NCBI GenBank assembly: GCA_028826165.1
Contig: JAPDFW010000070.1
Span: forward strand, 1,488,001-1,552,000
Direction: 5' to 3'
Length of the DNA stretch: 64,000 bases
Source: Anaeramoeba ignava BMAN
Taxonomy: Eukaryota; Protista; Anaeramoebae
Notes under the pieces: model-generated
Database searches by the model: none
Told to the model about the DNA's origin: nothing
Seen by the model: the letters and a program-made list of their open reading frames with translations, nothing else
Shown: in pieces, positions 28,331 to 38,200 of the stretch
Layout of the letters: every line of letters begins with the position of its first letter
How positions within the stretch are numbered: the stretch's first letter is position 1
Program-made: the position numbers and the translations under genes

Positions 28331-28505
28331 TAATCAATTAATCAATTAATCAATTAATTAATCAATTAATTAATCAATAAATTAATAAATCAATTAATCA
28401 ATCAATTAATAAATTAATTAATCAATTAATCAATCAATCAATTAATAAATTAATTAATCAATCAATTAATAAATAAATTAATAAATCAATAAATAAATCA
28501 ATTAA
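26030..28505. repeat. ~2.5 kb degenerate (AATC/AATA/AATT)n microsatellite tract
   Basis: Seen directly; almost no G on the + strand. Clean at the edges and scrambled in the middle. Confidence 0.85.
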
Positions 28506-28565
28506 AAAATAAAAATAATTTTTTCATTTTTCATTTTTTCATTTTTTCATTTTTTATTGAAATAA

Positions 28566-31500
28566 ATGGAACCATTTCAACTTAAAGGATATGATATTGA
28601 ATTTCCTTATCCAAAGCCTTATTCTTGTCAAGTTTTAATGATGGAAAATGTTCTAACTTGTTTAGAAAATCAAGAAAATGCACTTTTAGATTTTCCAACA
28701 GGAACAGGAAAATCGATAGCATTATTAGCAAGTAGTTTAACTTGGCAAAAAGAATTTAAAAAGAAAAGTTTCAGTTTAAATCAATCTGATTACAAAAATG
28801 TGAGTTTTGTTTAATTATTTAATTATTTATTTTTTTTAATTTTTTTTAACGTATTTTTTTAGACACAAGAAAAATCAAAAAATCGATTTAAGAATAAAAT
28901 TCCTAAAATTTATCTTTCAAGTCATACTCACACACAAATTGCTCAATTATGTCAAGAATTAAAAAGAACTAATTATAAACCTAAAATGGTTGTTTTAGGT
29001 TCTAGAGAGCAATATTGTATCAATGCAAAGTAGATATTATTTTAATTTTAATTTTAAATTTTAATTTCAATTTTATAAATGAATTTTAATATTAATTTTA
29101 ATTTTAATTTTAATTTTAATTTTAATTTCAATATTAATTCTAATATTAATTTTAATTTTATAAATGAATTTTGATATTAATTTTAATTTTAATTTTAATT
29201 TAAATTTTAATTTTTAATTTTAATTTTAATTTTAATTTTAATAATTTTAATTTTAATTTTAATTTTAATTTTAATTAAATTTTAATTTTAATTTAATTTT
29301 AAATGAATTTTGATTTTAATTTTAATTTTAATTTTAATTTTAAATTTAATTTTAATTTTATAAATGAATTTTGATATTAATTTTAATTTTAATTTCAATA
29401 TTAATTTTAATTTTAATTTTATAAATGAATTTTAAATTTAATTTTATAAATGAATTTTGATATTAATTTTAATTTTAATTTTAATTTTATAAATGAATTT
29501 TTTAATAATTAATTTTAATTTTAATTTTAATTTTAATTTTAATTTTAATTATAATTTTAATTCTAATATTAATTTTAATTTTATAAATGAATTTTAATTT
29601 CAATTTTAATTTTAATTTTAATTTTAATTTTAATTTTGATTCTAATTTCAATTTTAATTTTAATTTTAATTTTAATTTTAATTTTAATTTTAATTTTAAT
29701 TTTAATTTTAATTTTAATTTTAATTTTAATTTTAATTATAATTTTAATTTTAATTTTATAAATGAATTTTAGTGTGATGAAATCTGAAGGAAATAAAAAT
29801 GAAGAATGTGAAAAACTTATTAAATCAAAAAAATCAAGATGTCCTTATTACAGAGAAATGAACAAACGTTTTTCTAAAAATCAATATGATAGATATAATA
29901 TTAATAATGAAGTTTGTAACTCAAAAAATTAAAATTAAAAATTGAAATAAAAATTGAATTAAAAAAAAATCAAAAAGATAATTGATATTGAAGATTTAAA
30001 ACTTATTGGATCCAAAAATATGACTTGTCCATATTATCTTAGTCGAGATCTTGCAAAAGAAGCAGATTTAGTTTTAGCTCCTTATAATTATTTTGTTGAT
30101 CCAAGTAAAACAAATATAAAAGAAAAAAAATCAATTTTTTAATAATTATAATGATTTTCTTTTAAAAATAGAAATTCGGAATCAAATTTCACTTGATTTA
30201 ACAGATCAAATTGTTCTTATTGATGAAGGACAGTAAATTTATTTTTTATCCGATTTTTTTATTTAAAAGATTTTTTTTAATTTAAAATATTTTTTTAATT
30301 TAAAAATTTTAATTTAAAAATTCTAATTTAAAAAATTTTTTTAATTATTTAAGTAATATCGAAAATGCTTGCAGAGAAGCTCTTAGTCTTGATATAGAAT
30401 TAGAAGATATAGAAGAATTGACAAATTTTCTATTTGGAACAATGACAAAATTTCAACACGATTTTGTTCAAGAACTTTTTAAGCCAATTGCAGATTTTGT
30501 AATGTCTATTAATGAGCTCATTACACAACATAAAGATAAACTACAAACATCAAATGATTCCGGTAAATACACATACTGGACAGGGCAGTCACTCATTTCC
30601 CTTCTGAAAAATCACGGAATAACACAATTTGAATGCGATCATTTAGCTGAAGATTTTGAAAAGCTTCTTCAAAAAGAAAACACAAAATTTCTTTCCAACT
30701 CAAAAAACGGAGGACTTCCAGGAGAAACTGATGTTATTGACTTTGGAGACGAATTAGAAATGCCGAAAATGAAGACTTCTCACGCTGTTTTTATTGAAAC
30801 GCTGTTGATCATCTTGGATAAGGTTTTTGAATCTCCTGGAGATTTTTATTTGGTTCTTTCTTATCATAAAAAAGAAAATCCACTTTTTGATCGGAATCAA
30901 CATCGCAATTTCAATCAAAATCAATATCAACATCAACATCAAAATCAAAATCAAAACCAAAATCAATTTTCTGGATTTCGTAACCATTTTTCTGGTTTTA
31001 AACAATCTAACATAAATCATACTTACAAACAAAACCAAAAAAAAATTTTTTTTTCAATAATTTTAACGGAAATTCGGGACACCACGTGTCACATTTAAAA
31101 GAATCAGCAAAAAATCAACTTAATCAGCAAAACGCAAATAATCCGGTAATGGTATATGAGCTTTCGTTTTGGTGCATGCGACCTTCTGTGGCTTTCCGTA
31201 TGGCGTTTGAAAATACATGGAGCGTGGTGCTTACATCAGGAACACTTGCGCCGCTTGATCCATTTGAATCTGAGCTTGGATGCAAGTTCCCAATTCGGGT
31301 TGAGTCTGATCATGTGATTGACATTTCGGCGCAAGCGTGCATCGGCACAATAGCAAGGGGAATGGAAGGGAACATATTGAATACAACATTCAAACAGATT
31401 GGATCGACTGAGATCCAAGACTCAATTGGAGGAGTTATTTTGGAGATTTGCAAAATTGTGCCTGATGGAGTGCTAGTTTTTTTCTCATCTTATTCAATGG

Positions 31501-33278
31501 CGAAAAATCTCAAAAGAAGATGGGAAGCAACAAAGCTTCTTGACAAAATCCAAATGCACAAACAAGTTTTCATTGAATCTCAAGGAAGAAAAATTTTTAC
31601 GAAATCAATGAAAGATTATTATAAAGCAATCGAAAGGGGAAAAAATAACGGTCGACAAAATAGACCCCCAAAAAAAACAGGAGCGCTTTTTCTTGCGGTT
31701 GTAAGAGGAAAAGTGTCTGAAGGTCTTGATTTCAGCGACAGATATGCACGCGCTGTTATTGTTGTTGGAATTCCATTTCCAAGCACAAATTCTTTGAATA
31801 TCAAGCTGAAAAGACAGTTTAACAGCGATTTTGGACCGCCTCTTCTTCCTGGATCGCGATGGTACGAATTGCAGGCGTATCGCGCGCTCAATCAGGCTAT
31901 CGGAAGATGTCTTCGACACAGATACGACTATGGATCCGTGATTTTAATTGACGAGCGTTTTGAGCAAGATTATGTTAGATCAAATCTTCCCAAATGGGTT
32001 CGTGATCATGTCAAATCTTGGAGTGCAACTCGCAATTGTCTTTCTGATCTCTCCTCTTTTTTTGCAAGAATGAAAATATCTCCTCCTGTCAAACCTTCTG
32101 AATATAATTCATTTAAATCCATCGATTCCCAAAATTCCCAAAATTCTCAAAATTCTCAAAATTCTCGAAACAGAAAAAAAAGAAATTCTCCAAATCCTTT
32201 TTCAAATTCTTCCAATTCTTCCATTCAAACAAGTCTTAATGATTTTTTAATTTGGCGAGATCAAGAAATTAAAAAAACCAAAACAACAACCAGATCTAAT
32301 CAAAAATCACAAGAAATTGAAGAAAAAAGCGATTCCAATTTTGGACTTAAAAACATATATTTTTCTGAACAAAAAGGAGATTTTCAAAATGGGAAAGTTT
32401 TATATGATAATCTTACAAAATCCATGACAAAAACTTTAAAAACTGATTCAAAAACTTTAAAAACTGATTCAAAAACTTTAAAAACTGATACAAAAACTTT
32501 AAAAACTGATTCTAAAACTTTAAAAACTGATTCTAAAACTTTAAAAACTGATACAAAAAATGATTCAAAAAGTGGAATGAATTTACTCAATTCAAGTCCT
32601 TATTTTAATCAAGCACAACAACCAAAATCACAATCTTTTACAGGATTTTCTTTAGAAAATAAATTACCTGAATCTGTATTTCCAAACAATAAGGTTGTTT
32701 ATTCACAAATGGGAAAAGGAATAGATGAAAGGAATAGTCAAGATTATGGAAATGAAAATGAATTTTTTCAAAATCAATTTATTCAAAATCAAAATCAAAA
32801 TCAAAATCAAAATCAATTTATTCAAAATGAAAATATTCAAAATCAAAATCAAAATCAAAATCAAAATCAAAATCAAAATGAAAATATTCAAAATCAAAAT
32901 ATTCAAAATCAAAATGAAAATATCCAAAATCAAAATATTCAAAATATTCCAAATAATTTACAATTTCGAATTTCTTGTTCTTGTCAAGCTCTTTTTTATG
33001 TATATTCTGAAACTCTAAATTCACTTCCAAAAATTCCTAAATTTGCTTCAGTTTCTCTTGATGGGAAAGTTTATCGTGTTGCTTGTTTAGATTCTGAACA
33101 ACAATCTTATGTTGAAAATATTAAAATTACAAATGCAAATTTACAAATTGAAAATTGGAAAAATTCATGTTCACATGCTGTTTGTACAAAATGCAATGCT
33201 ATTGTAGGATTTCGAACTATGTTATTAAAAAAAGATACATTTTTAACACCAATTTTATGTCTTTTTGTTTCAGGATAG
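28566..33278 (+). CDS. BRIP1: FANCJ/BRIP1-like (Rad3/XPD family) Fe-S DNA helicase
   Basis: Exons 28566-28799, 28863-29029, 29773-29911, 29978-30104, 30172-30232 and 30354-33278 (one frameshift near 31040-31090). Q motif [10 protein letters not shown], Walker A PTGTGKS, four Fe-S cysteines (YCIN, EECEK, RCPYY, TCPYY) and DEGH box across an intron. Later motifs [28 protein letters not shown] and [25 protein letters not shown] are FANCJ-type. Confidence 0.9.
29030..29772 (+). repeat. Intron expanded by (AATTTT)n repeats
   Basis: GT...AG boundaries restore INAN|VMKSEG; the interior is hexamer repeat. Confidence 0.85.
32429..32560 (+). repeat. Coding 21-bp tandem repeat (KTLKTD[S/T]) x6 in the helicase C-terminal tail
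   Basis: AAAACTTTAAAAACTGAT(T/A)C(A/T) repeated six times. Confidence 0.9.
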
Positions 33279-33364
33279 AATTTATATTTTAGAATACATT
33301 TCCGAAGATTTTGAATTTATATTTTTATTATTAAATAATTTTAATTTTAATTTTAATTTTAATT

Positions 33365-34770
33365 TTAATTTTAATTTATAATTTAATATTTAATTTATAA
33401 ATTAATTTAAAAATATAATTTAATATTTAATTTTATTATTAAAATAATAATTTATTGTTTTAGATTTAAATATTTTCTTATTTAAATATTTAACATAAAA
33501 ATATAAAAAATGAAAATAAATTTAATTTAATATTTAATTTATAAATTAATTTAAAAATATAATTTAATATTTAATTCCATTATTAACTTAATAATTTATT
33601 GTTTTAGATTTAAATATTTTATTAATTAAATATTTAACATAAAAATATAAAAATAAGAATAGATTTAATTTAATATTTAATTTATAAATTAATTTAAAAA
33701 TATAATTTAATATTTAATTCTATTATTAACTTAATAATTTATTGTTTTAGATTTAAATATTTTATTATTTTAAATATTTAACATATAAATATAAAAATGA
33801 AAATAGATTTAATTTAATATTTAATTTATAAATTAATTTAAAAATATAATTTAATATTTAATTTTATTATTAAAATAATAATTTATTGTTTTAGATTTAA
33901 ATATTTTATTATTTAAATATTTAACATATAAATATAAAAATGGAATAGATTTAATTTAATATTTAATTTATAAATTAATTTAAAAATATAATTTAATATT
34001 TAATTTTATTATTAAAATAATAATTTAATGTTTTAGATTTAAATATTTTATTATTTAAATATTTAACATAAATATAAAAATGGAATAGATTTAATTTAAT
34101 ATTTAATTTAAATTAATTTAAAAATATAATTTAATATTTAATTTTATTATGATTTAAATATTTTATTATTTAAATATTTAATATAAATATAAAAATAAGA
34201 ATAGATTTAATTTTATATTTAATTTATAAATTAATTTAAAAATATAATTTAATATTTAATTTTATTATTAAAATAATAATTTATTGTTTTAGATTTAAGT
34301 ATTTTATTATTTAAATATTTAACATATAAATATAAAAATGAAAATAGATTTAATTTAATATTTAATTTATAAATTAATTTAAAAATATAATTTAATATTT
34401 AATTTTATTATTAAAATATTAATTTATTGTTTTAGATTTAAATATTTTATTATTTAAATATTTAACATAAAAATATAAAAATGGGAATAGATTTAATTTA
34501 ATATTTAATTTATAAATTAATTTTAAATTTAATTTTAATTTTATGTTTAAAATAATAATTTAATGTTTTAGATTTAAATATTTTATTATTTAAATATTTA
34601 ACATAAAAATATAAAAATGGAATAGATTTAATTTAATATTTAATTTATAAATTAATTTAAAAATATAATTTAATATTTAATTTTATTATTAAAATATAAT
34701 TTATTGTTTTAGATTTAAATATTTTATTATTTAAATATTTAACATAAAAATATAAAAATGAGAATAAGTT
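33365..34770. repeat. ~143-bp AT-rich tandem repeat, ~10 units, upstream of BTB-ARM copy B
   Basis: GTTTTAG at 33457, 33601, 33744, 33888, 34030, (truncated unit ~34150), 34286, 34429, 34565 and 34706. Same unit as 21100-21690. Confidence 0.9.
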
Positions 34771-35298
34771 TATATTATTTTAAATAAAGAAAAATTGATA
34801 AAATATATAAAATGGAATTGATTCTTAAATTTAATTATTTAATATTCTTTATTTCATTTTTATTTTTTTTCATTTTTTTCTTTTCAAAAAAAGCAAAATT
34901 TAAGTAAAATTATTTTTAATTATAAAATAAAAATCAAAATAAAATTTAATAATAAATAATAATAAAAATATAAAATAAAAATTAAATTGAAACGAAATAA
35001 TTGTTAATTACTTATTAATTTATTATTATTTCAAATAAATAAACAAAAAGGAAAAATAAATTCTAAATTTTATTTAAACAAAAATTATCAATAAAAATTA
35101 GAATTTAAATTTAATTCAAAATAAAAATGAAAAATAAAATAATTTATTATTAATTTATTATTATTTTATAAATATTTATTTAATTTATTCAAATAAAAAA
35201 CTAATTTTCCTTTTTAATTAAAAATAAAATAAAAAATAAAAATAAAAATAAAAATAAAAATAAAAATAAAAATAAAAATAAAAATAAAAATAAAGAAA

Positions 35299-38200
35299 AT
35301 GAGTGATTCTTCAAAAGAAATTGATTCAAAAAAGAAATCAAAACAAAAAAAGAAGAAAGATCAAAATCAAAATCAAAATCAAATGGATCTTCAAGAACAA
35401 TTTATCCAAATGCAAAATCAAATCCAACTTTTAATGCAAAATCAAAAATCAAAATCAAAAATCAAAAATCAAACAAAAAAATCAAAATCAAATTCAAAAT
35501 CAAAATCAAAATCAAAATCAAAATCAAAATCAAAATCAAAATCAAAATCAAAATCAAATCCAAAATCAAAATCAAAATCAAAATCAAAACCAAAAAATTA
35601 CATTTAAAGAAATTTATTCAAAAGAAAAATCTGAAAAAATCCAAATATCAAAATTATATCAATTTCCTCCTCAAGAAATTAATAAATTTTTAATTTGTGA
35701 ACTTCTTTCAAATTACAAAAGCAATGTTTCAAAAATGAAGAAAATTGTGATTTTATAATTTATGTTGGAAAAATAATCAAAAATTCCTTGTCATAAATCA
35801 ATTCTTAATTCAAGATCAATATTTTTTTGAAAATCATCATGAAAAATCAGAAACTGAAGAATTATATCTTCCACAATTTGAATATGAAATTGTTAAACCA
35901 ATCATTTCATTTCTTTTATGATTCAGAATTTAAATTTGATTTAAACAAATTTGAAAAATATTTTCAACTTGCAAAAGATTTTAAATTAACAAGTTTAATA
36001 ATTAAAATTGAAAAAGAAGTTTCAGAACAAATTAATGAAACTAATGTTATTCCAATTTATTTCAAAAGTATTTCCATTGAATCGAATTATCTTTCCAATA
36101 TTTGTGAAAAGTTTATTAAAGAAAATATGAAGAAGATTATTGAAGAAATCAAACTGGAAAAATTAATAATAAAGAATTAAAAGAAATTATTCAAATTATT
36201 CAATCAACACCAAAAGAAAGTAAAATTGATTTAATTTGGAAATTATCTCAAGATTGGAAAAAGAAATTTGAAAAAAGCAATAAAAATTTAATTGATAAAG
36301 AACAATACATTGATCAAATTCAAATTAAAGAAATCAATAATGAAATTCAAGATTTTTATATTATTTTTGATAATATTAAAAATGATGGATTTATTTACTT
36401 GAATTCAAGAACTCAAAATAACCAAATTTTACCTCCAACTCAACAATTCCAATTAATAAATGAAAAAAATAAAGAATTAAATCAAGAAAATCAACAACTT
36501 AAACAAAAACTCAAAAACCAAGACAAAATAATTCAACAAAAAGATAACAAAATTCAAAAACAAAAGAATAAGATCACAAAAATGAAAAAAGAATTAGAAA
36601 TTTTTCAAACAGAAAGAAAAGCACATCAAGATTTAGAAAATTATAAAAATCAAATTTCAAATTTAAATGAAAGTAAATTATTTTAAATTTTAAATTTATT
36701 AATTAATTATTTTCAAATCAAATTTAAAATTTAAAAACAAAAAAGAAACAATTGAAGAAACAATAAAATATATGAAACAATATCAAAACAATGAAATTAT
36801 TCAACAAAAAGGATGTTTTATTTTACAAAAATTTGGAAAAGAAAATGAAAGTAAAATATTTATTTTAAAACTTAATTTACTTTTTGAAACAATTTTTGGA
36901 TAATAATAATATTAAAAATAATAAAAATAAAAATATTTGGAAATTCAAAGATAATCAAATAGAAATCAAAAAATTTAATGGAATTGAATCTCTTATTAAT
37001 GCAATGAATAATTTCCCAAATAATGAAGAAATTCAAATTAAATCAAGTGAAACTTTACAAATATTTTCAGGAGGATTAAAAAGTAAATTAAATTTCTTTT
37101 TTTAAATAAATCAAAAATTAAAAGAAAGAAAGAAAGAAAGAATTATTGAGAAATTTAAATCTTTTTCCTTTTATTTTCCTTTTATTTATTTTTCTTCTTT
37201 CCCAAAACAAAACAAAAAGGTGAAGAAAAAGAAAATCGAGAATTACAAGCAATTAAAATTTCTAAATTAAATGGAATTAAAACAATTATTAACACAATTA
37301 ATAATTATCCAAATAATCAAATTATTCAAGAAAAATCTATTTCAATTTTAATTAATATTGCACTTAATTCAGGTAAAAGAAATTATAAGAGAAAATATTT
37401 ATTCCTATAATATTTACATTTCTAATTTATTTTCCAAAATAAAAATATTAAAATAGAAAACAAAATTGAAATAAGAAATTTAAAAGGAATTGAACCTATT
37501 ATTAATGCAATGAATAATTTCCCAAATAATCAAGATATTCAATATAAAGGATGTTGGGCTTTATGGAATATTGCTGGTAATAATGATGGTAAATATAAAT
37601 ATAAATATAAATATAAATATTTTAATCAATTATTAATTATTTATTATTAATCAAAAATATTTAATCAATTTATTTTCAAAAAATTAATTAATTAATTAAT
37701 TTAAATTTTAATTTATTTTCCAAAATAAAAAATATCAAAATAGAAAACAAAATTGAAATTAAAAATTTAAAAGGAATCGAATCTATTATCAAATCAATGA
37801 ATAATTTCCCAAATAATCAAAATATTCAATATAAAGGAACAAAATTGAATATTTTGAAAATAAAAATAAAAATAAAAAATATAAAATATAAATATAAATA
37901 TAAATATAAATATAAATATAAATCAAAATAAATATAAATATAAATATAAATATAAATATAAATATAAATATAAATATAAATATAAATATAAATATAAATA
38001 TAAATATAAATATAAATATAAATATAAATATAAATATTTTAAACAATTATCTATTATTAATTATTAATCAAAAAATATTTAATCAATTTATTTCCAAAAA
38101 ATTAATTAATTTCAATTTCAATTTATTTTCCAAAATAAAAAAAATATCAAAATAGAAAACAGAATTGAAATTAGAAATTTAAAAGGAATTGAACCTATTA

